Assembly: GCA_964016885.1 (NCBI GenBank)
Contig: OZ024742.1
Coordinates: 348,936,001 to 349,000,000 of the forward strand
Length of the DNA stretch: 64,000 nt
Direction: 5' to 3'
Source: Eledone cirrhosa
Lineage: Eukaryota
Shown here: positions 30,201 through 45,300 of the stretch, one piece after another
Numbering within the stretch: the stretch's first letter is position 1
Layout of the letters: every line of letters starts with the position of its first letter
Made by a program: the position numbers and the translations under genes
Notes under the pieces: model-generated
Told to the model about the DNA's origin: nothing
Databases searched by the model: none
What the model saw: the letters and a program-made list of their open reading frames with translations, nothing else

Positions 30201-33200
30201 AGCTCTCTATGTCTCAATATGGCGACATTATTGACAACGTAAAGCTCTCTATGTCTCAATATGGCGACATTATTGACAATGTAAAGCTCTCTATGTTTCA
30301 ATATGGCGACATTATTGACACAGTGTAAAGCTCTCTATGTCTCAATATGGCGACATTATTGACACAGTGTAAAGCTCTCTATGTCTCAATATGGTGACAT
30401 TATTGACAGTGTAAAGCTCTCTATGTCTCAATATGGCGACATTATTGAAAGTGTAAAGCTCACTTTTTTCAATATGGTGACATTATTGACACAGTGTAAA
30501 GCTCTCTATGTCTCAATATGGTGACATTATTGACACAGTGTATTGCTCTCTATGTCTCAATATGGCGACATTATTGACAGTGTAATGCTCTCTATGTCTC
30601 AATATGGCGACATTATTGAAAGTGTAAAGCTCACTTTTTTCAATATGGTGACATTATTGACACAGTGTAAAACTCTCTATGTCTCAATATGGCGACATTA
30701 ATGACAATGTAAAGCTCTCTATGTCTCAATATGTCGACAGTATTGACAACGTAAAGCTCTCTATGTCTCAATATGGCGACATTATTGACAATGTAAAGCT
30801 CTCTATGTCTTAATATGGCGACATTATTGACAATGTAAAGCTCTCGATGTCTCAATATGGCGACATTTTTGACACAGTGTAAAGCTCTCTATGTCTCAAT
30901 ATGGCGACATTATTGATACAGTGTAAAGCTCTCTATGTCTCAATATGGCGACATTATTGACAATGTAAAGCTATCTATGTCTCAATATGGCGACATTATT
31001 GACACATTGTAAAGCTCTGTATGTCTTAATATGGCGACATTTTTGACACAGTGTAAAGCTCTCTATGTCTCAATATGGCGACATTATTGACAATGTAAAC
31101 TCTCTATGTCTCAATATGGCGACATTATTGACAATGTATAGCTCTCTATGTCTCAATATGGCGACATTATTGACAACGTAAAGCTCTCTATGTCTCAATA
31201 TGGCAACATTATTGACAATGTAAAGCTCTCTATGTCTCAATATGGTGACATTATTGACAATGTAAAGCTCTCTATATCTCAAGATGGCGACATTATTGAC
31301 CCAGTGTAAAGCTCTGTATGTCTCAATATGGCGAAATTATTGATACAGTGTAAAGCTCTCTATGTCTCAATATGGTGACATTATTGACAGTGTAAAGCTC
31401 TCTATGTCTCAATATAGTGACATTATTGACACATTGTAAAGCTCTCTATGTCTCAATATGGCGACATTATTGACACAGTGTAAAGCTCTCTATGTCTCAA
31501 TATGGTAACCTTATTGACACAGTGTAAAGCTCTCTATGTCTCAATATGGTGACATTATTGACAGTGTAAAGCTCTCTATGTCTCAACATGGTAACATTAT
31601 TGACACAGTGTAAAGCTCTCTATGTCTCAATATGGTGACATTATTGACAGTGTAAAACTTCTATGTCTCAATATGGTGAGATTATTGACAGTGTAAAGCT
31701 CTCTACGTCTCAATATGGCGACATTATTGAAAGTGTAAAGGTCTCTATTTTTCAATATGGTGACATTATTGACACAGTGTAAAGCTCTCTATGTCTCAAT
31801 ATGGCGACATTTTTGACACAGTGTAAAGCTCTCTATGTCTCAATATGGCGACATTATTGACAATGTAAAGTTCTCTATGTCTCAATATGGCGACATTATT
31901 CACAATGTAAAGCTCTCTATGTCTCAATATGGCGACATTTTTGACACAGTGTAAAGCTCTCTATGTCTCAATATGGCGACATTATTGATACAGTGTAAAG
32001 CTCTCTATGTCTCAATATGGCGACATTATTGACAATGTAAAGCTCTCTATGTCTCAATATGGCGACATTATTGACACATTGTAAAGCTCTCTATGTCTCA
32101 ATATGGCGGCATTATTGACAATGTAAACCTCTCTATGTCTCAATATGGTGACATTATTGACAATGTAAACCTCTCTATGTCTCAATATGGTGACATTATT
32201 GACAGTGTAAACCTCTCTATGTCTCAATATGGTGACATTATTGACAGTGTAAAGCTCTCTATGTCTCAATATGGCGACATTATTGACCCAGTATAAAGCT
32301 CTGTATGTCTCAATATGGCGAAATTATTGATACAGTGTAAAGCTCTCTATGTCTCAATATGGCGACATTATTGACAATGTAAAGCTCTCTATGTCTCAAT
32401 ATGGCGACATTATTGACACATTGTAAAGCTCTCTATGTCTCAATATGGCGGCATTATTGACAGTGTAAAGCTCTCTATGTCTCAATATGGCGACATTATT
32501 AACACATCGTTAAGCTCTCTATGTCTCAATATGGCGACATTATTGACAAAGTAATGCTCTCTATGTCTCAATATGGCGACATTATTGACAGTGTAAAGCT
32601 CTCTATGTCTCAATATGGTGACACTATTGAGACAGTGTAAAGCTCTCTATATCTCAATATGGTGACATTATTTACAATGTAAAGCTCTCTATGTCTCAAT
32701 ATGGTGACATTGTTGACAGTGTAAAGCTCTCTATGTCTCAAGATGGTGACATTATTGACACAGTGTAAAGCTCTCTATGTCTCAATATGGCGACATTATT
32801 GACACAGTGTAAAGCTCTCTATGTCTCAATATGGCGACATTATTGACAGTGTAAAGCTCTCTATGTCTCAATATGGCGACATTATTGACAGTGTAAAGCT
32901 CTCTATGTCTCAATATGGCGACATTATTGACACAGTGTAAAGCTCTCTATGTCTCAATATGGTGACACTATTGAGACAGTGTAAAGCTCTCTATGTCTCA
33001 ATATGGCGACATTATTGACAGTGTAAAGCTCTCTATGTCTCAATATGGCGACATTATTGACAATGTAAAGCTCTCTATGTCTCAATATGGCGACATTATT
33101 CACAATGTAAAGCTCTCTATGTCTCAATATGGCGACATTTTTGACACAGTGTAAAGCTATCTATGTCTCAATATGGCGACATTATTGATACAGTGTAAAG

Positions 33201-36200
33201 CTCTCTATGTCTCAATATGGCGACATTATTGACAATGTAAAGCTCTCTATGTCTCAATATGGCGACATTATTGACACAGTGTAAAGCTCTCTATGTCTCA
33301 ATATGGTGACACTATTGAGACAGTGTAAAGCTCTCTATGTCTCAATATGGCGACATTATTGACAGTGTAAAGCTCTCTATGTCTCAATATGGCGACATTA
33401 TTGACAATGTAAAGCTCTCTATGTCTCAATATGGCGACATTATTCACAATGTAAAGCTCTCTATGTCTCAATATGGCGACATTATTAACCCAGTGTAAAG
33501 CTCTGTATGTCTCAATATGGCGAAATTATTGATACAGTGTAAAGCTCTCTATGTCTCAATATGGCGACATTATTGACAATGTAAAGCTCTCTATGTCTCA
33601 ATATGGCGACATTATTGACACATTGTAAAGCTCTCTATGTCTCAATATGGCGGCATTATTGACAGTGTAAAGCTCTCTATGTCTCAATATGGCGACATTA
33701 TTAACACATTGTTAAGCTCTCTATGTCTCAATATGGCGACATTATTGACAAAGTAAAGCTCTCTATGTCTCAATATGGCGACATTATTGACAGTGTAAAG
33801 CTCTCTATGTCTCAATATGGTGACACTATTGAGACAGTGTAAAGCTCTCTATATCTCAATATGGTGACATTATTTACAGTGTAAAGCTTTCTATGTCTCA
33901 ATATGGTGACATTGTTGACAGTGTAAAGCTCTCTATGTCTCAAGATGGTGACATTATTGACACAGTGTAAAGCTCTCTATGTCTCAATATGGCGACATTA
34001 TTGACACAGTGTAAAGCTCTCTATGTCTCAATATGGCGACATTATTGACAGTGTAAAGCTCTCTATGTCTCAATATGGCGACATTATTGACAGTGTAAAG
34101 CTCTCTATGTCTCAATATGGCGACATTATTGACACAGTGTAAAGCTCTCTATGTCTCAATATGGTGACACTATTGAGACAGTGTAAAGCTCTTTATGTCT
34201 CAATATGGTGACATTATTGACAGTGTAAAGCGCTCTATGTCTCAATATGCTGACATTATTGACAGTGTAAAGCTCTCTATGTCTCAATATGGTGACATTA
34301 TTGACAGTGTAAAGCTCTCTATGTCTCAAAATGGCGACATTATTGACACAGTGTAAAGCTCTCTATCTCTCAATATGGTGACATTTTTGACACAGTGTAA
34401 AGCTCTCTATGTCTCAATATGGCGACATTATCGACAGTGTAAAGCTCTCTATGTCTCAATATGGCGACATTATTGACAGTGTAAAGCTCTCTATGTCTCA
34501 ATATGACGACATTATTGACACAGTGTAAAGCTCTCTATGTCTCAACATGGTAACATTATTGACACAGTGTAACGCTCTCTATGTCTCAATATGGTGACAT
34601 TATTGACAGTGTAAAACTTCTATGTCTCAATATGGTGAGATTATTGACAATGTAAACTCTCTATGTCTCAATATGGCGACATTATTGACAATGTATAGCT
34701 CTCTATGTCTCAATATGGCGACATTATTGACAACGTAAAGCTCTCTATGTCTCAATATGGCAACATTATTGACAATGTAAAGCTCTCTATGTCTCAATAT
34801 GGTGACATTATTGACAATGTAAAGCTCTCTATATCTCAAGATGGCGACATTATTGACCCAGTGTAAAGCTCTGTATGTCTCAATATGGCGAAATTATTGA
34901 TACAGTGTAAAGCTCTCTATGTCTCAATATGGTGACATTATTGACAGTGTAAAGCTCTCTATGTCTCAATATAGTGACATTATTGACACATTGTAAAGCT
35001 CTCTATGTCTCAATATGGCGACATTATTGACACAGTGTAAAGCTCTCTATGTCTCAATATGGTAACCTTATTGACACAGTGTAAAGCTCTCTATGTCTCA
35101 ATATGGTGACATTATTGACAGTGTAAAGCTCTCTATGTCTCAACATGGTAACATTATTGACACAGTGTAAAGCTCTCTATGTCTCAATATGGTGACATTA
35201 TTGACAGTGTAAAACTTCTATGTCTCAATATGGTGAGATTATTGACAGTGTAAAGCTCTCTACGTCTCAATATGGCGACATTATTGAAAGTGTAAAGGTC
35301 TCTATTTTTCAATATGGTGACATTATTGACACAGTGTAAAGCTCTCTATGTCTCAATATGGCGACATTTTTGACACAGTGTAAAGCTCTCTATGTCTCAA
35401 TATGGCGACATTATTGACAATGTAAAGTTCTCTATGTCTCAATATGGCGACATTATTCACAATGTAAAGCTCTCTATGTCTCAATATGGCGACATTTTTG
35501 ACACAGTGTAAAGCTCTCTATGTCTCAATATGGCGACATTATTGATACAGTGTAAAGCTCTCTATGTCTCAATATGGCGACATTATTGACAATGTAAAGC
35601 TCTCTATGTCTCAATATGGCGATATTATTGACACATTGTAAAGCTCTCTATGTCTCAATATGGCGGCATTATTGACAATGTAAACCTCTCTATGTCTCAA
35701 TATGGTGACATTATTGACAATGTAAACCTCTCTATGTCTCAATATGGTGACATTATTGACAGTGTAAACCTCTCTATGTCTCAATATGGTGACATTATTG
35801 ACAGTGTAAAGCTCTCTATGTCTCAATATGGCGACATTATTGACCCAGTGTAAAGCTCTGTATGTCTCAATATGGCGAAATTATTGATACAGTGTAAAGC
35901 TCTCTATGTCTCAATATGGCGACATTATTGACAATGTAAAGCTCTCTATGTCTCAATATGGCGACATTATTGACACATTGTAAAGCTCTCTATGTCTCAA
36001 TATGGCGGCATTATTGACAGTGTAAAGCTCTCTATGTCTCAATATGGCGACATTATTAACACATCGTTAAGCTCTCTATGTCTCAATATGGCGACATTAT
36101 TGACAAAGTAAAGCTCTCTATGTCTCAATATGGCGACATTATTGACAGTGTAAAGCTCTCTATGTCTCAATATGGTGACACTATTGAGACAGTGTAAAGC

Positions 36201-39200
36201 TCTCTATATCTCAATATGGTGACATTATTTACAATGTAAAGCTCTCTATGTCTCAATATGGTGACATTGTTGACAGTGTAAAGCTCTCTATGTCTCAATA
36301 TGGCGACATTATTGACACAGTGTAAAGCTCTCTATGTCTCAATATGTCGACATTATTGACAACGTAAAGCTCTCTATGTCTCAATATGGCGACATTTTTG
36401 ACACAGTGTAAAGCTCTCTATGTCTCAATATGGCGACATTATTGACACAGTGTAAAGCTCTCTATGTCTCAATATGGTGACATTATTGACAGTGTAAAAC
36501 TCTCTATGTCTCAATATGGGGACATTATTGACAGTGTAAAGCTCTCTATGTCTCAATATGGCGACATTATTGAAAGTGTAAAGCTTTCTATTTTTCAATA
36601 TGGTGACATTATTGACACAGTGTTAAACTCTCTATGTCTCAATATGGCGACATTAATGACAATGTAAAGCTCTCTATGTCTCAATATGTCGACATTATTG
36701 ACAACGTAAAGCTCTCTATGTCTCAATATGGCGACATTATTGACAACGTAAAGCTCTCTATGTCTCAATATGGCGACATTATTGACAATGTAAAGCTCTC
36801 TATGTTTCAATATGGCGACATTATTGACACAGTGTAAAGCTCTCTATGTCTCAATATGGCGACATTATTGACACAGTGTAAAGCTCTCTATGTCTCAATA
36901 TGGTGACATTATTGACAGTGTAAAGCTCTCTATGTCTCAATATGGCGACATTATTGAAAGTGTAAAGCTCACTTTTTTCAATATGGTGACATTATTGACA
37001 CAGTGTAAAGCTCTCTATGTCTCAATATGGTGACATTATTGACACAGTGTATTGCTCTCTATGTCTCAATATGGCGACATTATTGACAGTGTAATGCTCT
37101 CTATGTCTCAATATGGCGACATTATTGAAAGTGTAAAGCTCACTTTTTTCAATATGGTGACATTATTGACACAGTGTAAAACTCTCTATGTCTCAATATG
37201 GCGACATTAATGACAATGTAAAGCTCTCTATGTCTCAATATGTCGACAGTATTGACAACGTAAAGCTCTCTATGTCTCAATATGGCGACATTATTGACAA
37301 TGTAAAGCTCTCTATGTCTTAATATGGCGACATTATTGACAATGTAAAGCTCTCGATGTCTCAATATGGCGACATTTTTGACACAGTGTAAAGCTCTCTA
37401 TGTCTCAATATGGCGACATTATTGATACAGTGTAAAGCTCTCTATGTCTCAATATGGCGACATTATTGACAATGTAAAGCTATCTATGTCTCAATATGGC
37501 GACATTATTGACACATTGTAAAGCTCTGTATGTCTTAATATGGCGACATTTTTGACACAGTGTAAAGCTCTCTATGTCTCAATATGGCGACATTATTGAC
37601 AATGTAAACTCTCTATGTCTCAATATGGCGACATTATTGACAATGTATAGCTCTCTATGTCTCAATATGGCGACATTATTGACAACGTAAAGCTCTCTAT
37701 GTCTCAATATGGCAACATTATTGACAATGTAAAGCTCTCTATGTCTCAATATGGTGACATTATTGACAATGTAAAGCTCTCTATATCTCAAGATGGCGAC
37801 ATTATTGACCCAGTGTAAAGCTCTGTATGTCTCAATATGGCGAAATTATTGATACAGTGTAAAGCTCTCTATGTCTCAATATGGTGACATTATTGACAGT
37901 GTAAAGCTCTCTATGTCTCAATATAGTGACATTATTGACACATTGTAAAGCTCTCTATGTCTCAATATGGCGACATTATTGACACAGTGTAAAGCTCTCT
38001 ATGTCTCAATATGGTAACCTTATTGACACAGTGTAAAGCTCTCTATGTCTCAATATGGTGACATTATTGACAGTGTAAAGCTCTCTATGTCTCAACATGG
38101 TAACATTATTGACACAGTGTAAAGCTCTCTATGTCTCAATATGGTGACATTATTGACAGTGTAAAACTTCTATGTCTCAATATGGTGAGATTATTGACAG
38201 TGTAAAGCTCTCTACGTCTCAATATGGCGACATTATTGAAAGTGTAAAGGTCTCTATTTTTCAATATGGTGACATTATTGACACAGTGTAAAGCTCTCTA
38301 TGTCTCAATATGGCGACATTTTTGACACAGTGTAAAGCTCTCTATGTCTCAATATGGCGACATTATTGACAATGTAAAGTTCTCTATGTCTCAATATGGC
38401 GACATTATTCACAATGTAAAGCTCTCTATGTCTCAATATGGCGACATTTTTGACACAGTGTAAAGCTCTCTATGTCTCAATATGGCGACATTATTGATAC
38501 AGTGTAAAGCTCTCTATGTCTCAATATGGCGACATTATTGACAATGTAAAGCTCTCTATGTCTCAATATGGCGACATTATTGACACATTGTAAAGCTCTC
38601 TATGTCTCAATATGGCGGCATTATTGACAATGTAAACCTCTCTATGTCTCAATATGGTGACATTATTGACAATGTAAACCTCTCTATGTCTCAATATGGT
38701 GACATTATTGACAGTGTAAACCTCTCTATGTCTCAATATGGTGACATTATTGACAGTGTAAAGCTCTCTATGTCTCAATATGGCGACATTATTGACCCAG
38801 TGTAAAGCTCTGTATGTCTCAATATGGCGAAATTATTGATACAGTGTAAAGCTCTCTATGTCTCAATATGGCGACATTATTGACAATGTAAAGCTCTCTA
38901 TGTCTCAATATGGCGACATTATTGACACATTGTAAAGCTCTCTATGTCTCAATATGGCGGCATTATTGACAGTGTAAAGCTCTCTATGTCTCAATATGGC
39001 GACATTATTAACACATCGTTAAGCTCTCTATGTCTCAATATGGCGACATTATTGACAAAGTAAAGCTCTCTATGTCTCAATATGGCGACATTATTGACAG
39101 TGTAAAGCTCTCTATGTCTCAATATGGTGACACTATTGAGACAGTGTAAAGCTCTCTATATCTCAATATGGTGACATTATTTACAATGTAAAGCTCTCTA

Positions 39201-42200
39201 TGTCTCAATATGGTGACATTGTTGACAGTGTAAAGCTCTCTATGTCTCAAGATGGTGACATTATTGACACAGTGTAAAGCTCTCTATGTCTCAATATGGC
39301 GACATTATTGACACAGTGTAAAGCTCTCTATGTCTCAATATGGCGACATTATTGACAGTGTAAAGCTCTCTATGTCTCAATATGGCGACATTATTGACAG
39401 TGTAAAGCTCTCTATGTCTCAATATGGCGACATTATTGACACAGTGTAAAGCTCTCTATGTCTCAATATGGTGACACTATTGAGACAGTGTAAAGCTCTC
39501 TATGTCTCAATATGGCGACATTATTGACAGTGTAAAGCTCTCTATGTCTCAATATGGCGACATTATTGACAATGTAAAGCTCTCTATGTCTCAATATGGC
39601 GACATTATTCACAATGTAAAGCTCTCTATGTCTCAATATGGCGACATTTTTGACACAGTGTAAAGCTATCTATGTCTCAATATGGCGACATTATTGATAC
39701 AGTGTAAAGCTCTCTATGTCTCAATATGGCGACATTATTGACAATGTAAAGCTCTCTATGTCTCAATATGGCGACATTATTGACACAGTGTAAAGCTCTC
39801 TATGTCTCAATATGGTGACACTATTGAGACAGTGTAAAGCTCTCTATGTCTCAATATGGCGACATTATTGACAGTGTAAAGCTCTCTATGTCTCAATATG
39901 GCGACATTATTGACAATGTAAAGCTCTCTATGTCTCAATATGGCGACATTATTCACAATGTAAAGCTCTCTATGTCTCAATATGGCGACATTTTTGACAC
40001 AGTGTAAAGCTATCTATGTCTCAATATGGCGACATTATTGATACAGTGTAAAGCTCTCTATGTCTCAATATGGCGACATTATTGACAATGTAAAGCTCTC
40101 TATGTCTCAATATGGCGACATTATTGACACATTGTAAAGCTCTCTATGTCTCAATATGGCGGCATTATTGACAATGTAAACCTCTCTATGTCTCAATATG
40201 GTGACATTATTGACAATGTAAACCTCTCTATGTCTCAATATGGTGACATTATTGACAGTGTAAACCTCTCTATGTCTCAATATGGTGACATTATTGACAG
40301 TGTAAAGCTCTCTATGTCTCAATATGGCGACATTATTAACCCAGTGTAAAGCTCTGTATGTCTCAATATGGCGAAATTATTGATACAGTGTAAAGCTCTC
40401 TATGTCTCAATATGGCGACATTATTGACAATGTAAAGCTCTCTATGTCTCAATATGGCGACATTATTGACACATTGTAAAGCTCTCTATGTCTCAATATG
40501 GCGGCATTATTGACAGTGTAAAGCTCTCTATGTCTCAATATGGCGACATTATTAACACATTGTTAAGCTCTCTATGTCTCAATATGGCGACATTATTGAC
40601 AAAGTAAAGCTCTCTATGTCTCAATATGGCGACATTATTGACAGTGTAAAGCTCTCTATGTCTCAATATGGTGACACTATTGAGACAGTGTAAAGCTCTC
40701 TATATCTCAATATGGTGACATTATTTACAGTGTAAAGCTTTCTATGTCTCAATATGGTGACATTGTTGACAGTGTAAAGCTCTCTATGTCTCAAGATGGT
40801 GACATTATTGACACAGTGTAAAGCTCTCTATGTCTCAATATGGCGACATTATTGACACAGTGTAAAGCTCTCTATGTCTCAATATGGCGACATTATTGAC
40901 AGTGTAAAGCTCTCTATGTCTCAATATGGCGACATTATTGACAGTGTAAAGCTCTCTATGTCTCAATATGGCGACATTATTGACACAGTGTAAAGCTCTC
41001 TATGTCTCAATATGGTGACACTATTGAGACAGTGTAAAGCTCTTTATGTCTCAATATGGTGACATTATTGACAGTGTAAAGCGCTCTATGTCTCAATATG
41101 CTGACATTATTGACAGTGTAAAGCTCTCTATGTCTCAATATGGTGACATTATTGACAGTGTAAAGCTCTCTATGTCTCAAAATGGCGACATTATTGACAC
41201 AGTGTAAAGCTCTCTATCTCTCAATATGGTGACATTTTTGACACAGTGTAAAGCTCTCTATGTCTCAATATGGCGACATTATCGACAGTGTAAAGCTCTC
41301 TATGTCTCAATATGGCGACATTATTGACAGTGTAAAGCTCTCTATGTCTCAATATGACGACATTATTGACACAGTGTAAAGCTCTCTATGTCTCAACATG
41401 GTAACATTATTGACACAGTGTAACGCTCTCTATGTCTCAATATGGTGACATTATTGACAGTGTAAAACTTCTATGTCTCAATATGGTGAGATTATTGACA
41501 ATGTAAACTCTCTATGTCTCAATATGGCGACATTATTGACAATGTATAGCTCTCTATGTCTCAATATGGCGACATTATTGACAACGTAAAGCTCTCTATG
41601 TCTCAATATGGCAACATTATTGACAATGTAAAGCTCTCTATGTCTCAATATGGTGACATTATTGACAATGTAAAGCTCTCTATATCTCAAGATGGCGACA
41701 TTATTGACCCAGTGTAAAGCTCTGTATGTCTCAATATGGCGAAATTATTGATACAGTGTAAAGCTCTCTATGTCTCAATATGGTGACATTATTGACAGTG
41801 TAAAGCTCTCTATGTCTCAATATAGTGACATTATTGACACATTGTAAAGCTCTCTATGTCTCAATATGGCGACATTATTGACACAGTGTAAAGCTCTCTA
41901 TGTCTCAATATGGTAACCTTATTGACACAGTGTAAAGCTCTCTATGTCTCAATATGGTGACATTATTGACAGTGTAAAGCTCTCTATGTCTCAACATGGT
42001 AACATTATTGACACAGTGTAAAGCTCTCTATGTCTCAATATGGTGACATTATTGACAGTGTAAAACTTCTATGTCTCAATATGGTGAGATTATTGACAGT
42101 GTAAAGCTCTCTACGTCTCAATATGGCGACATTATTGAAAGTGTAAAGGTCTCTATTTTTCAATATGGTGACATTATTGACACAGTGTAAAGCTCTCTAT

Positions 42201-45200
42201 GTCTCAATATGGCGACATTTTTGACACAGTGTAAAGCTCTCTATGTCTCAATATGGCGACATTATTGACAATGTAAAGTTCTCTATGTCTCAATATGGCG
42301 ACATTATTCACAATGTAAAGCTCTCTATGTCTCAATATGGCGACATTTTTGACACAGTGTAAAGCTCTCTATGTCTCAATATGGCGACATTATTGATACA
42401 GTGTAAAGCTCTCTATGTCTCAATATGGCGACATTATTGACAATGTAAAGCTCTCTATGTCTCAATATGGCGATATTATTGACACATTGTAAAGCTCTCT
42501 ATGTCTCAATATGGCGGCATTATTGACAATGTAAACCTCTCTATGTCTCAATATGGTGACATTATTGACAATGTAAACCTCTCTATGTCTCAATATGGTG
42601 ACATTATTGACAGTGTAAAGCTCTCTATGTCTCAATATGGCGACATTATTGACCCAGTGTAAAGCTCTGTATGTCTCAATATGGCGAAATTATTGATACA
42701 GTGTAAAGCTCTCTATGTCTCAATATGGCGACATTATTGACAATGTAAAGCTCTCTATGTCTCAATATGGCGACATTATTGACACATTGTAAAGCTCTCT
42801 ATGTCTCAATATGGCGGCATTATTGACAGTGTAAAGCTCTCTATGTCTCAATATGGCGACATTATTAACACATCGTTAAGCTCTCTATGTCTCAATATGG
42901 CGACATTATTGACAAAGTAAAGCTCTCTATGTCTCAATATGGCGACATTATTGACAGTGTAAAGCTCTCTATGTCTCAATATGGTGACACTATTGAGACA
43001 GTGTAAAGCTCTCTATATCTCAATATGGTGACATTATTTACAATGTAAAGCTCTCTATGTCTCAATATGGTGACATTGTTGACAGTGTAAAGCTCTCTAT
43101 GTCTCAATATGGCGACATTATTGACACAGTGTAAAGCTCTCTATGTCTCAATATGGCGACATTATTGACAGTGTAAAGCTCTCTATGTCTCAATATGGCG
43201 ACATTATTGACAGTGTAAAGCTCTCTATGTCTCAATATGGCGACATTATTGACACAGTGTAAAGCTCTCTATGTCTCAATATGGTGACACTATTGAGACA
43301 GTGTAAAGCTCTCTATGTCTCAATATGGCGACATTATTGACAGTGTAAAGCTCTCTATGTCTCAATATGGCGACATTATTGACAATGTAAAGCTCTCTAT
43401 GTCTCAATATGGCGACATTATTCACAATGTAAAGCTCTCTATGTCTCAATATGGCGACATTTTTGACACAGTGTAAAGCTATCTATGTCTCAATATGGCG
43501 ACATTATTGATACAGTGTAAAGCTCTCTATGTCTCAATATGGCGACATTATTGACAATGTAAAGCTCTCTATGTCTCAATATGGCGACATTATTGACACA
43601 GTGTAAAGCTCTCTATGTCTCAATATGGTGACACTATTGAGACAGTGTAAAGCTCTCTATGTCTCAATATGGCGACATTATTGACAGTGTAAAGCTCTCT
43701 ATGTCTCAATATGGCGACATTATTGACAATGTAAAGCTCTCTATGTCTCAATATGGCGACATTATTCACAATGTAAAGCTCTCTATGTCTCAATATGGCG
43801 ACATTTTTGACACAGTGTAAAGCTATCTATGTCTCAATATGGCGACATTATTGATACAGTGTAAAGCTCTCTATGTCTCAATATGGCGACATTATTGACA
43901 ATGTAAAGCTCTCTATGTCTCAATATGGCGACATTATTGACACATTGTAAAGCTCTCTATGTCTCAATATGGCGGCATTATTGACAATGTAAACCTCTCT
44001 ATGTCTCAATATGGTGACATTATTGACAATGTAAACCTCTCTATGTCTCAATATGGTGACATTATTGACAGTGTAAACCTCTCTATGTCTCAATATGGTG
44101 ACATTATTGACAGTGTAAAGCTCTCTATGTCTCAATATGGCGACATTATTAACCCAGTGTAAAGCTCTGTATGTCTCAATATGGCGAAATTATTGATACA
44201 GTGTAAAGCTCTCTATGTCTCAATATGGCGACATTATTGACAATGTAAAGCTCTCTATGTCTCAATATGGCGACATTATTGACACATTGTAAAGCTCTCT
44301 ATGTCTCAATATGGCGGCATTATTGACAGTGTAAAGCTCTCTATGTCTCAATATGGCGACATTATTAACACATTGTTAAGCTCTCTATGTCTCAATATGG
44401 CGACATTATTGACAAAGTAAAGCTCTCTATGTCTCAATATGGCGACATTATTGACAGTGTAAAGCTCTCTATGTCTCAATATGGTGACACTATTGAGACA
44501 GTGTAAAGCTCTCTATATCTCAATATGGTGACATTATTTACAGTGTAAAGCTTTCTATGTCTCAATATGGTGACATTGTTGACAGTGTAAAGCTCTCTAT
44601 GTCTCAAGATGGTGACATTATTGACACAGTGTAAAGCTCTCTATGTCTCAATATGGCGACATTATTGACACAGTGTAAAGCTCTCTATGTCTCAATATGG
44701 CGACATTATTGACAGTGTAAAGCTCTCTATGTCTCAATATGGCGACATTATTGACAGTGTAAAGCTCTCTATGTCTCAATATGGCGACATTATTGACACA
44801 GTGTAAAGCTCTCTATGTCTCAATATGGTGACACTATTGAGACAGTGTAAAGCTCTTTATGTCTCAATATGGTGACATTATTGACAGTGTAAAGCGCTCT
44901 ATGTCTCAATATGCTGACATTATTGACAGTGTAAAGCTCTCTATGTCTCAATATGGTGACATTATTGACAGTGTAAAGCTCTCTATGTCTCAAAATGGCG
45001 ACATTATTGACACAGTGTAAAGCTCTCTATCTCTCAATATGGTGACATTTTTGACACAGTGTAAAGCTCTCTATGTCTCAATATGGCGACATTATCGACA
45101 GTGTAAAGCTCTCTATGTCTCAATATGGCGACATTATTGACAGTGTAAAGCTCTCTATGTCTCAATATGACGACATTATTGACACAGTGTAAAGCTCTCT

Positions 45201-45300
45201 ATGTCTCAACATGGTAACATTATTGACACAGTGTAACGCTCTCTATGTCTCAATATGGTGACATTATTGACAGTGTAAAACTTCTATGTCTCAATATGGT
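21240..45300. repeat. Nested higher-order repeat domain of the satellite (periods ~3.8, ~4.4, ~6.5 and ~6.85 kb)
   Basis: Recurring variant strings and ORF offsets: 21709/25513 (3804), 22780/26628 (3848), 25513/29955 (4442), 30086/36595 and 31070/37579 (6509), 34627/41478 (6851), 40107/43920 (3813). Boundaries are approximate. Confidence 0.88.
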
